A DNA stretch of 60,363 nt, the filler included, from Sphacelaria rigidula (lineage: Eukaryota): the NCBI GenBank assembly GCA_964200075.2. It is 6 parts of 6 records of this genome, joined end to end, with 100 filler letters (N's around TTAATTAATTAA, not from the genome) between each part and the next. Parts side by side here need not be neighbours in the genome. Positions count along the whole stretch, not along the records: positions 1 to 9,978 come from CAXNAA020007373.1; positions 10,079 to 20,056 come from CAXNAA020007374.1; 4 more parts are not named here. One strand, written 5' to 3'. The notes under the pieces were generated by a model. It searched no databases, was not told where the DNA came from, and saw only the letters and a list, made by a program, of their open reading frames with translations. Positions 1 to 11,120 of the stretch are shown one piece after another. Position 1 is the stretch's first letter; each line of letters starts with the position of its first letter. The translations under genes were made by a program, and so were the position numbers.

Positions 1-795
1 CAAAGAAAACAGTTCTTTCGTTTGAAATCCTGACTCTGAATCTAAAACTACACTCTGAATCTCACGAATATAGTGTTGATAACGTCCATACTAGAGTCTA
101 TATGAAGCCCCCAACGATATATACAGCGGACGATGACGATTTTTTGGTGTGAACATTCCCTGGAGCACGGGAAAATGATCAGCACTTCCACTTTTGCCTA
201 ACTCGTTATCTGTCCCGAGAGATGGCGCACATAAGTTCTTATACTAAATCAATATATTTCGAGCAGGGGCACTTAATGCACCAATTCTGGATATTGCGTG
301 TCAGTTTTCGAGAGCTGTGCTTTGCAATTTTGTTTTTTGGAGAATCGCTATTATTGCATAATGAAGAAAACAATAATCGTTTTCCGTTCTTCTTCAATTT
401 GTGTTTTTCAGTGGAGTTTGAAGGGAAAATGGACAGTGCTCTCGGATCTCATCTCAGTTTTTCAGCTCGAATTCAGCAATTGAGATTGAAAAATATCACA
501 GAGAATTGCAAAGACATGCCGAGGAAAAAAAAATGGGATCTTCTTTTTTCTTTTTTGGAGAGGTGCGGGCCTTCTCGTACGAGTAAAGATATGGTCTTCA
601 CTATACTAAAGCGTCCTAAGCAAGTGATGTATATATACTATAATATATATATATATATCAACCTTTCCCACTTTTTTTGGTCGGTTACGGCCTAGCGATG
701 TCCCACACAAATATTCAAGGCACAAGTACGAAACCTGGGTGGTAAGCGGCCTGGAACATATAGTTCCGAATTTCGCCCGGCCCGGTTTCTTAATC

Positions 796-1053
796 GCCCC
801 GTCTCACCTCAATTTTGCGCGTTAGACTTCCAAACTCGGCACGGAGGGATAATATGGCATCCTGAATCGCTGTCGATCGGGACGCACAGTTTCTTTTTTT
901 CGTGGTTTAATATCAATAATCACTATCAGGAAAATACTGTCAACTTACGGGGGGAAAAAACTGTGCGCCCCGAGCGACAGCGTTTAGCATTCCCTATTCT
1001 TCCTCCGTACCAAATTTCGAAGTCTAACTCGCAACATTGAGGTGAGACGGGGC
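796..1053. mobile_element. Foldback MITE-like element (long imperfect inverted repeat)
   Basis: GCCCCGTCTCACCTCAA...GCACAGTTT (796-~895) is the imperfect reverse complement of AAACTGTGCG...TTGAGGTGAGACGGGGC (~955-1053); no ORF. Confidence 0.7.
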
Positions 1054-1353
1054 TATAAACCACAAATTCGCGTCTTGGCCTGCCCAGTCGGTAGGGAATG
1101 GGGCTTCCTTGTATTCACGTGTTGAATCAGTGTATAGTATCCAAACGATGACCTTCAGTGAAAAACATGGACAGGTCACGTTCAACCTCCATACGCAAGT
1201 TCCGAGTACCAACTTCATGTAGTACGTGTAAATGTACACGTCATGCATCTCCTTTCAGCATTCCACCTATCTCGATACCAGCCCATGGTGTTGATCAAGC
1301 TCGAGGCGCGCGAGTTCGTTTCACCCAACTGCCAAAGATATTTCCTTGTACAG

Positions 1354-1443
1354 CGACAAGGAGTAGATGACGAAACAGCTGCTTGCGGCGTTGAAAAATC
1401 AACTTCACAGTTAGACCGCTTATTCCAATCAACAAATGAACAG
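1354..1443 (+). CDS. Candidate orphan exon (RQGVDDETAACGVEKSTSQLDRLFQSTNEQ), unknown gene
   Basis: ttccttgtacag acceptor, CAG|gtacgt donor, 90 nt open in phase 0/0; no homology recognised. Confidence 0.3.
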
Positions 1444-2184
1444 GTACGTATGGCGTCTACGCAAGACGATTTTATAGCCATCACCAGTCAAACAACTCAG
1501 CTCGTACAGCGGTGCTACTCATAAGTCCAATAGCTATCCCTGTTTTCAAAAGAGCACAGCTCGAAAATGCTTGTTTTGGCGCTTCGAGTTTGTATCCCTC
1601 CAGAAGAAGCAGCCCCGCACGACACACACCATGACTGAGCAATATCACGGTGGCGTTGTAATTCGTTTTCCTGAGATTCTTTGCTGTAGGAGCCTGTCGA
1701 TGACAAATATCTGGGCATTAGTGCGCAGCTTCAGGAAACTTTAGGACCGAAAACTACACTCCTATCATGGCATCACTCGACTGCACTGCACTGCTTATAT
1801 GGTGTTGCTGCTGTCCGGGGTGATCATGGCGGTGTCGAGTGCTGCATGCAGCGTCGTTGTGACACATTGAGATGGGATGCCGAAATCACAGCACGTTAAT
1901 CGTGAATCATGAAGCTGCCGTTTTCCCGTATGTCGGATCGGAAAATCGAAAACACCGAACGGAAGGTTTCCCAAATTACCCCACTGTTTACAGCGGGCCT
2001 CAGATACAGTACAGTGTCATGAGAAGAGAGCCACGATGCTACTTCAATGCAGTGCTGTTGGGGATACGAAACAGACCATACGTGTACAGCAAAGCACGCG
2101 GCAAAGTAACCGGCGGCGTATGTGTGGACGACAGAACACGGAAACAGGGAATCCATGACAATCGAGTTATTCCAAGGTAAAACG

Positions 2185-2441
2185 GAGTGATGCTGCGATA
2201 GGGTCAGCATTTTTGTGGCCAAAATCGGCCTGACTCAGGGGTTCCTCAAGTTAGGAACTACACAAGAATATGGGTGAGGATATCCCTGTTTGCAAATTCA
2301 TTCGGGGTATCCCTAGCAAATCGGAAGAAAACCCTGGCGTACTCTCACCTATTTCGAAAGTCGTGTTTTGGATGAGATAAAGGGTTCCTAACAATTCTTA
2401 TCTCAGGCCGTAAAAGTGCTGACCCTATCGCAGCATTACTC
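2185..2441. mobile_element. MITE with ~30-bp TIRs, GAG...CTC ends and 4-bp TSD (Sola-like)
   Basis: GAGTGATGCTGCGATAGGGTCAGCATTTTT versus AAAAGTGCTGACCCTATCGCAGCATTACTC; AACG flanks both sides. Confidence 0.75.
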
Positions 2442-4331
2442 AACGGGAGGTACCGACCGAACTCTCGCCCGACAATTGCCACTTTGAGACGTTGCTGAAG
2501 GCAAGAAGGAGTGAGTCAAACGGGCCTGCTGTCGATATCCAGCGGTCGCATCACGAACGTGCACGTACATGATTGTGTCGTTGTGCATAACCCCCATGCA
2601 TGAATCCCCCCGTTTCGAGCAACAGTTCTCATGCCTCTCTTGCAGAGTGAGAGAGTCCAGGACATATGAGCATGGGTTATGGAAGCATTTGCGAGGCATG
2701 CGGGGGAGGGCGGGAGGGGGGGTATTCATTCGCTGTGGGTTTTAGGTTTGTGTGATTTGGCTTGTCGATATCCTTGCAGAGTGTTGTGTATTTTCGGCCG
2801 ACGATACCGTTGGTTCCGTACAATACTGGGTGTTTCCGGCAGTTCATACTTTGGCAGTACTCCATCCAAGCTCCGCCCGAAAATCAAGGGTGCCCCAGGC
2901 ACATACTCTGCCCTAACCATATTCGTCTCTTATTCAGTCGTCCGACGTGTGTATATTTCGGGACACTTCCAATATTCCCCCTACTGGTTTAACGAGAGTA
3001 ATCTCATATCTCCGAGGCTAAAGATATTGGCCCTGCCAGGGGCAGAGAAGAACCTGCCCACAGCTCGCCAATCGAGTTAGCATGTAACGTGCATCGTTTG
3101 ATTTCAAATGAGAAAAACTGTCCTGGTCCAAGCTGTCCGCTGAGGAAGGCCAGGGGTGGCGCGTGAAGTCATGGATCATTAGACTATACGATGGTACACG
3201 TTTTTGTCCCCATCCTTTCTCAACAACATTTTCGGCAGCGTTTCATGTATATTGGAGATGCCGGCGTTCCCTTTGAGAGCTGTAACAGTGAGTAGAGTGG
3301 GCCCTCTGCTTCACCCTTTTCCAGGGAGCCTAAAACAGCATCATCAGTATCAATGACGCAGGTGTTCTTACCGCATGTCCGATACACCAAGCGCCCGAGA
3401 TGGCAGAACAGGTCTCGAACCAACGCGCAACATCTCTTCCCACCCTCTCCCATGACAATAATTTATCCCCCATTTGTTTTGTATTGCCAGGGTAGGCAGT
3501 CTGTTGAATGGAAACCATCTTCGCTCGAAAAAAGACTGCATGACCCGAATGACCTACCCAGGCGGTCAAAGGGATGAGTCATGTTTCAAAACTCTTGGCC
3601 ATACGGATGCGATAATTTGCCCGTCAGTATAGACTACCCATGAAAGTATTCTCGCTTTCACCACATTTTCTCTTGTTGAGCTTTCAAGAATAGAGATCGA
3701 TTCCGAACTCGAACTGCGACAGTCTTACGAAACCGGAATGCCGGCTAGGCGTGCTGAGTGTAGTACACTCACCAGTTCCAAGTGTTTGACACCACAAAGG
3801 GGCGCTACGTCGCAAAAATAGTAGCTCCTATTGAGCAAAAGTAGGCGTTGTAGGTATTTACGTATCGACAACACAGGCGAAGGGGAAACGTTCTGCACGG
3901 CCTCTGGGCCACCCGCCTGCTGAATACACCTCACAAGTCGTTCCACATAACCCAACCTTCCTAACACTTTGCAGGACGGTAAGAAAATAGTTCCAAACAT
4001 CGGGCACCGTCAAGTACACATGGCGGATACAGAAGACTAATAAACGTAGATGCTAATGAATACCATCGGAAACTCGGCGAAACAGGCACCGTGGAACTCT
4101 AGTACGACATCGTGGCATGAAAAGCCGGACGCAAGAGCAGTAATGATGTTTCCTACTACAGTAAACTCGGGAAACAAGAAGAAAAATTATAAACGAACTC
4201 CTCCTGAATTAAACGTTCCAACACACGTAACGATAAAAGCGTGAAAATAACTCTACGAAAGACACGAATGTGCATCGAGATGTGTGCAGGCCATCCTGGG
4301 CACCTCCCTCATGTACAATAAACTTTGTACG

Positions 4332-4514
4332 TTATTTTTCAAAAAACGACGAAATCGATTGCCTTTGATCAGGCCGTTTGGACGCGCTAACTCTACCCCT
4401 CTGACTTCGCCCCCCTCCTCTACCCAGAGACAACCGTCCAACTCCCCCCCCGCCTGACCCGGTGGCACCGGCCGAACGGGGCCGTTTCGCGCCCGAGCCC
4501 GGTCTTGTCTTCCC
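4332..4514 (-). CDS. POLH: DNA polymerase eta-like, terminal exon (basic NLS-like motifs and C-terminal PIP box RQSISSFFEK*)
   Basis: tttcag acceptor in phase 0 matches the phase-0 donor at 6370; the end resembles the non-canonical Pol eta PIP box (human MQTLESFF); TAA stop at 4332-4334. Confidence 0.7.
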   Translation of the reverse strand, partial: GKTRPGSGAKRPRSAGATGSGGGGVGRLSLGRGGGRSQRGRVSASKRPDQRQSISSFFEK

Positions 4515-4881
4515 CTGAAACACGAAGATCAAGGCGAAGGACAGCAGGGGCGCACGCGGCAAGGAGGAATGACACACTGCACAGACTTCCCAGAGGATCA
4601 GTACGAAAATCAAATCTACTGTGGGGCAACATCTTATGAACCGATTGGGACGTCATTGGAAGCGACAACATCACTGATACACCCTTTAGGGAATCCTACG
4701 AATGCATCCATCGATGCACGTGGGCGCGAACGATGCATACGGTAATATCCTCGTCTATCGTATCATCCACCCAGCCAACAACGCTTTCTTGCGAAGCAAC
4801 TGAGTTCGCTCGAGGTTGATGCCATCTGAAAAAAAGGAGTGCATCATCAAGTGCCTTGGCGATTGCACGCCCCGTGCAACC

Positions 4882-6229
4882 CAGGGCTGTACACGTCACA
4901 CGTCACACGTTCACGTTACGTTTCGTGTGGCACATTGAAAAAAATCACGTTACGTGAAAGTTTCATTTGAAAACTTAACGATCACTTTACGTGACGTTCA
5001 TCACGTTAAAAAAATGAACGTTACATATCGTTACATGTAACGTAATATGAAACGTTTCAATGTCACGTGTAATGTCCAAAAACTTTTTTATTGTCACGTC
5101 CAAGGTTCGAATGCAACGTTTCATTCTGCGCATGTCGCGGGCTCATTTACCAGTGTTCTGGGCGTCATGACGTGTCATATAACGTGTGGCATTACCGTGC
5201 ACGTGACGCTGACGATGGCCCGCCGCATTAGCGTAGGCGCATTCTCTGATTGTGTGACGTTACTTTCTCTACTGTGTATCGTTCATTTGTTTTTGACTGT
5301 TATATTTTCATATGTTCTCTGTTCTCTTCATATTTCTGTTTTCAATTATCAATTTGCGAATGCTTGGCCATTCGCACGATAGCACGTACTGTATACACAG
5401 CAAACCGTGAACATGATTAGAAGCCGGCTTGAGTCGCCCTGGCATCTCGCAGACAAAACTACCGTTAGACACGGCAGGCGAGAATTGGGTCATGTACTCC
5501 CAGAGCGGTGACAGAGTACCTTGACGATTCCGCGTGGCGACGTTCATCTTCTTTCGCTCATTTTGCAGAATGATCGTGTCGGCCACGGGGCAGCCGAGTC
5601 TCGCGTCAGCACTGCTCTTTGCCGTTGCGGTAGATGCTGCAGGCAACAGCCAAGATTGGCCGGAGGCTACGGCACGCTGTTTTTGTGGACCCGCCGATTC
5701 CCCCCCTGTATCTATCCCATGTACTTGTTGCATGTGAACGTGACGTGAACGGGTACGTTACACCCGGTATCTTCCATTCATATGAATGTGGTCAAGATGA
5801 TTATGATGTTATGATGCTGTGCTGCAACGATAACTTGTAATGTGTGCTGTTGTGCGGTGCGCGAGAACCTGCCGAAATAGTATGTCCTATACCATGGCCA
5901 TTTGAACTCACTCGTAGTAGGAGAAGCACAATCTTCTAGGGTTTCAAATTTCATTGCAAACTGATGATGTGTGCAACGCTTCACGTAACGTGTAACGTAA
6001 TACGAAACATTTCATGTAGCATGTAACGTCTAATGCACGTGTAACGTCTGATACACGTAACGCGTAATAGACGTTACACGTTCCATGGAACGTTTTATAT
6101 TATGGTTCCTAGCCTTTGTTCAATTTCACGTTCACGTTACGTTTCGTTTGGCACGTTGAAAAATTCGCGTTACGTTCCGTTCATCACATAGACAATTAGT
6201 AACGTTCACGTGCGATGTGTATATCCCTG
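4882..6229 (-). mobile_element. Non-autonomous hAT-type DNA transposon in the last Pol eta intron, with a BED-finger-like ORF remnant (5308-5733)
   Basis: CAGGGCTGTACAC / GTGTATATCCCTG termini; degenerate 8-bp TSD GTGCAACC/GTGTAAAC; CACGT/ACGTTAC subterminal motif arrays at both ends; internal SPLWEYM..FVC..H..LLC motif. Confidence 0.7.
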
Positions 6230-6370
6230 GTGTAAACCTGAAACGCTCAACCCAGCCCCACCGCTCACCCAAACAATCTAAAGAGCTCTTGAGTTTCATC
6301 AAAGTCTACCTTGCGAACAAGAGCGAGACTTGGAATGAAGCTATGCATTCCTACGTGACAGGTACTGTAC

Positions 6371-7420
6371 CTGCTGCATCCACACTTCCCGTTGTATCTC
6401 AGGCGGCAACTGCGCCAAAACGTCCGGATCCACGTCCCCGAATCCACCGGATGAACCGCCTCGTCCGAACAACAGCTGCTCGCCACCAGTGCTGCTGCTG
6501 CTGCGGCGGCGGCGGCAATTTTCCGCGCTGCCTTCATTTTGACAACACTCTTCTCGGGAGCGCTCAGCTTGCCCCATACCCTTCTCTTCTGGTGTATGGA
6601 CCTCAAGCCGTGTTTCTTTCTCCACTTGCTGCTGCTGCTGCTGTGGTAACCACATAACGTCATCACCGTCATCAGGCCACCGCTCCCACTCTCCCTCATT
6701 CCCACCTACGACGTCAACCGGCGACAAGTCATCCATCTTCCTGTCCCCGGCCTGACCATCCTTCCCCGTGTCGTTATCCCCTCGCCAAATGTGTCCGTCC
6801 TGCTCCCCATCCACTGCCGGTACTTTCGCCGCTTGTATCAAACGCGGCGTCGGTCCCACCTCCTTCCCTACATGGCTATCGTTCTCTGACAACTGCAGAT
6901 CTTCCGTGTCTTTTTTTGCTTTCATTTCAAGTTCGCCTTGATCTGATCTTCCTTCATGAATCGGATCACGGTCCACCACCCCTATCGCGTCCGCGCCATA
7001 CGCCGCTCCGCCCACCGCTGCGGCAGAGGCCGCGGCAGCGGTGTCAGATCTTCCTTCACCCGTTCCTACGGCGGTCAGGCGTGAAAGTTCGGCGGAGTTC
7101 AAGTGCTCTGTTGCCCCCGTTATTGCTACTGCTGCCGAAGATGTTGGTGATAATAATGGTGATGATGATAGTGATGGTGATGATGGTGATGGTGATGACA
7201 GTGTTGCTGCTGCCATTGCTGCAGTTTTTGCCACTGTCGCTCTTTCCCTCTTCAAGTTTCTATTTGCGCCGTTGCTGTTGCTGCTGTTGCTGCTGCTGCT
7301 GCTGTTGTTGTTGTTGTTGCCGCCGCCGCCGCCGCCGAAAAAAGATTGGATGCTCTTGGTATTCTTTGGTCGCTCCTCGAAGCCATGCGCGGACACGCCC
7401 AGCATGCTGAGGATCGGGCG
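6371..7420 (-). CDS. POLH: DNA polymerase eta-like, large exon (little-finger end, PIP-like TKSIQSFF, low-complexity linker, UBM)
   Basis: gacgcag acceptor and CAG|gtacag donor, both phase 0; RPILSMLGVSAHGF resembles Pol eta PPLTMLFLCATKF; DVDPDVLAQLPPEIQREV is a ubiquitin-binding motif. Confidence 0.75.
7272..7336. repeat. Coding compound trinucleotide microsatellite (poly-Gly/Asn/Ser on the minus strand)
   Basis: (TGC/TGT)n followed by (GCC)n inside the Pol eta exon. Confidence 0.9.
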
Positions 7421-7854
7421 CTGCGTCGCTCAACAACAACACGAAAAAACACCACGGGAACAACCAAACAACAAAAAGGTGGTACGACGGGTAGCAATAG
7501 CGAGCCGATGTAACAGTCAACCGCGCTGCAACATACTCGCCTAGAGAGGGCGGGTACACTACATCGCTCAGACGATTGGAAGGCAGTACCATGGTACTAC
7601 GATGAGCGTTCTGACTTAAACGATTCAATATCAAGTCTTGGATCCCACCATGTTATTTTTCATTTAATGAAGAAAACAAAGGTACTCGCGAAACTTCGAC
7701 ATTTTTCTGACGTCCCTGCCTCTCCGTCTCTTGTCGCTCACGGGTGCACAAGACGTGGATCTCTTCTTTCTCCCTTCCCTCTCCTACTGGTCCACAAACT
7801 ACTGGTCCACAAGCACGGCCATCCCCTCGTCCCTTCCCTTTCCAGCTTGCTCAC

Positions 7855-7959
7855 TTGCTTCTTGTAGGCCTTGATCATCCTCATGCAGGCGGCCACGACT
7901 AGCGGCACTTCGGTCTTCACCATCCGACAACAGCGAGACACGGACTTCGCCTGTCCTCT
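7855..7959 (-). CDS. POLH: DNA polymerase eta-like, little-finger exon (AKSVSRCCRMVKTEVPLVVAACMRMIKAYKKQ)
   Basis: SRCC motif as in the Pol eta little finger; strong CAA|gtgagc donor in phase 0; acceptor uncertain (exon start 7959 or 7950). Confidence 0.65.
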
Positions 7960-9581
7960 CTGCCGGGTCGAAAATACCGGCATGAAGTTAACGCCTTAGT
8001 CTAGTACGCTGTGCAAATGAATGGAGTAGGCACATTCAAGTTATTTCTGGTGAGGATCAACGATGAACTGCTGTCATCGTTGTCCGTTCGGTCTGGAGTC
8101 AACACCTACTACCCGCCTGGAGTGAAGCTATAACATGGTTGTTGGTGCTATTGTTGTTGTTGTCTTTAGATTAAAAAAACTTGCGTGTTCACAGGCTCAC
8201 TACCCCAAATAAGGCATAGTGTTGGTTCATTTTCGTGTCACGTTCAGCACCGAACTGCTGGTAATGCAGTAGAACGGCGCGTGCTTAGTTCACGTTAGTG
8301 AGAGACCTACGGTTATTACACAAGATCGGTCGGTGCCCCAATGCGTGCTTTAGAAGTCCACTTGCTGTGTTGTACATCAAAAAGCCTTAAATCGTGTGTG
8401 TGTGCGTGTCGTACTTCTTTGATTTGTCTTGTCACCGCTCGTCTCCATACATAACCGACACGACAGTCACATGCGCCAGATGCTGGAAATACAACGCAAT
8501 GTCGCATCATTTTCCTAGCAAAACGGGGCATAATCCTGTCGAAAATCACAAAGACTACGGTAGTAATCCGCTCTTTCCGTCCGGTTCGGAGATGGCCATG
8601 AGACAGTTGTGCTCAGGACAGAGATGGGCATGTGATTGAAGTACGAGTATTTCCACGTTGTTTCCTGCTACTCGCCTGACGCGATTTTGAGGGACATTAT
8701 CAGTCGGCACCACTGACATCACAGGATGGTGGCAGCAGCCGGTAAAAAACACTTACCCGCATGACGTACACATTTCCTCGACAGGCGCGTAGAGCGGGGT
8801 GCAGGTAGTTATTGAAAAGTTACAGGATGGAGTTTGCTATCACACCCCGCGGTGGCGTGGTAGCGGTCGTTAGCACGGGGTACTGGCGAGGACACCAGAA
8901 AATGGCACCTTGGCAACTACATCGAATCCCCCGAAAAATTATAGCAAGCTGGAAAGCTTGTCATTCCTCATACATCAATACCTACGGGGCAAGGATGATC
9001 TTGCATGTCGGGAGGAGAAAAAAAAATGTCATTTTCTGAATTATAAATTTTCTACGCGCCACGTGTCATACTGCATAAACGTATTACTTCACGAGAGCCC
9101 ACCACTCTGGGAACATGTCGGAGTTTACGCGGCAACCAGCAATACGCAGTATCAGGAATGTCCTGGTGTCTCTAGAAGCTGTGGTGCTGAGCATGATTCA
9201 AATGAAGACGACGGGCAGGGCGCATCGTTAGACCATGTCGAACCGCGAGTCTGACGAGATCACGTCGATATGTTGTGCAAAAAAAAAACACAAACGAGCT
9301 GGGGCAGCTGACAGTGATTTTTGAACGGAGAGTGGAGATGCCATTTGTAATTCGAAGAGTTAGGCGCTGAAGATTTTGACACGATGTTTTCATCATCAAC
9401 CCACGCAACCCTATCGGGGGTGCAGAGGAAAAAAAAAACGGGAAGTTAGAGCGAGTTGCATTTTCAGCAGAAACAGGGAAAATACTATAACTTCCTTGAA
9501 AATTCATGAAAACGACAATGCTCCAACACGTACGGGCATTCGCATCAACGACGTTCTGGTGAAGTTTCCAGTAGACCTTAC

Positions 9582-9887
9582 GAAATGTACGTGAACAATG
9601 GTTGGTACTCGATTTTACTTGATTTCAGACTGAAGAAAAATCTGAGGAAATTTATGGTGTGGGGCAGGTGAGCAGTGGTGAGCAGTGGATCCAGCTCATC
9701 CAGAACGTGTTTTGGTCCAAAATCGGCTGAAAGGTGTCGATTTGAGCTCTGGCAACGCACGCTTTGCCCACGGAACACTTTGCACCCCCATTGCCCGAGG
9801 TTTCTCGGTATGCCTTGGTCGGGGTCGGGGTTAGCATTAGGGTTGGCGGCATCTCAATAGTACCAACCATTGTTTACGTACATTTCC
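9582..9887. mobile_element. MITE family A copy 1 (TIR GAAATGTACGTRAACAATGGTTGGTACT, internal TTAGGG-like motifs)
   Basis: Terminal inverted repeats; internal sequence homologous to 46866-47118 and, inverted, to ~58030-58200. Confidence 0.75.
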
Positions 9888-9937
9888 TCAGGTCCCTCGA
9901 AGTTTCCCCCCCAAATGCCTCATGCTCCGTCTCGAAA

Positions 9938-9978
9938 GGGATGCGTGGTCAATGGTCAAATGACTAAGGCAAGCAACA
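9938..9978 (+). repeat. Repeat family B fragment at contig end
   Basis: GGGATGCGTGGTCAATGGTCAAATGACTAAGGCAAGC matches the copies at ~18491, ~38702 and 19990-20056. Confidence 0.7.
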
Positions 9979-10078
9979 NNNNNNNNNNNNNNNNNNNNNN
10001 NNNNNNNNNNNNNNNNNNNNNNTTAATTAATTAANNNNNNNNNNNNNNNNNNNNNNNNNNNNNNNNNNNNNNNNNNNN
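9979..10078. other. Artificial contig spacer 1 (44N-TTAATTAATTAA-44N)
   Basis: Identical 100-nt spacer with stops in all six frames, recurring every ~10.08 kb. Confidence 0.97.
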
Positions 10079-10080
10079 AG

Positions 10081-10250
10081 TTAGTATTATTAGTATTATT
10101 AGTATTATTAGTATTATTAGTATTATTAGTATATCCGTCACATTAGCTCGATCTCTCGAACTCGTGGTCACAGATTGCAAGGAGCATACCACCCGTATAC
10201 CCATACCCAAACAGCCCACAGAAGAAGGCAAGAAACAAAACATCTACACG
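10081..10250 (-). repeat. Non-LTR retroelement 3' end with AAT-rich tail
   Basis: Homologous to 24655-24797; ...GAGCTAATGTGACGGA followed by (ACTAATAAT)n. Confidence 0.65.
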
Positions 10251-10402
10251 AAAAAATACTACTAAGAAGTAATGCTCAGGTAGCTCATGAGCTGCCCGAT
10301 GTTTGAAGTAATAGGCCATCTTTCAGCCGATTGTTGTCCGGTATACATTTGCCCGTTGCCATTTGGTGTTCATGTAAATGCTTGTGCGGATGTTATTTTT
10401 AG

Positions 10403-10501
10403 GTGGTGTCGAGGCACGACGGCGAAGGACAGAGGAAGCTGAGGAGCCGTGGCGGTAGGGAAGGGAAGCGGCAAATATTCGATGCTCGTCCATACGTCAA
10501 G
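10403..10501 (+). CDS. DHX34: DHX34-like DEAH-box RNA helicase, exon (..QIFDARPYVK)
   Basis: ttttttag acceptor and AAG|gttaga donor, phase 0; resembles DHX34 LDPRPFLR preceding the RecA2 domain. Confidence 0.7.
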
Positions 10502-10536
10502 GTTAGAAGACGACAATTTTTTCGATGCGCCCAAGG

Positions 10537-10565
10537 TGGCGGTAGTGGTAGTGGTAGTGGTAGTG

Positions 10566-10617
<52 letters not shown>
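10537..10617. repeat. (GTA/GTG)n microsatellite
   Basis: Direct reading. Confidence 0.9.
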
Positions 10618-10774
10618 GAGTGGTTGAAATTTGGTATTATCGGTTTTGTTAGGGTTGTAGTATTGTTAGTTACCATCGTTTTATTTACCGCCTGTTGTTA
10701 CCTCTACTTGTTACTGTTATTACTATTTTGTGCTGACATTCCTGTTGTACTCATGATATAATATATTGTCGTCC

Positions 10775-11120
10775 CCTCTGTCCAAAGAATACAATCCAAC
10801 CAACCATCCATCCATCCAACCATCCATCCTCAATCAACCTTTAATTATTTAATTATTTAATTATGGACTTATATTATCCTATTTGTTATTGTCTTTCCCT
10901 TCTTAAAAAATGAAATAAAATATACCATCCATCCTCAAACGATCTTTAATTTTTTTTTCTTCTATTCTTTGAATTTATTATAGTATTAATCAATCAATCA
11001 ATCAATTAATTAGTCCTCTGACCAAAAAATACAATCCAACCATCCAACCATCCATCCATCCATCCATCCTCAATCAACCTTTAATTAAATAAACCTTTAA
11101 TTAATTAATTAATTAATTAT
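10775..11120. repeat. AT-rich direct repeats with (CCAT)n cores, next to a 10-N gap at 11139-11148
   Basis: CCTCTG.CCAAA.AATACAATCCAACCA...CCATCCTCAATCAACCTTTAATTA at ~10775 and ~11015; related sequence at ~37940-38095. Confidence 0.7.

Noticed and set aside
222..695. 157-aa ORF as a gene
   Set aside because: AT-rich, runs into a (TA)n tract, and has no recognisable motif.
6916..7634. Poly-Cys, poly-Leu and poly-Gln ORFs in alternative frames
   Set aside because: Shadow frames of the trinucleotide tract in the Pol eta exon.
10023..10034. TTAATTAATTAA recurring every ~10 kb as a biological periodic motif
   Set aside because: Always embedded in exactly 44+44 N; it is a synthetic spacer.
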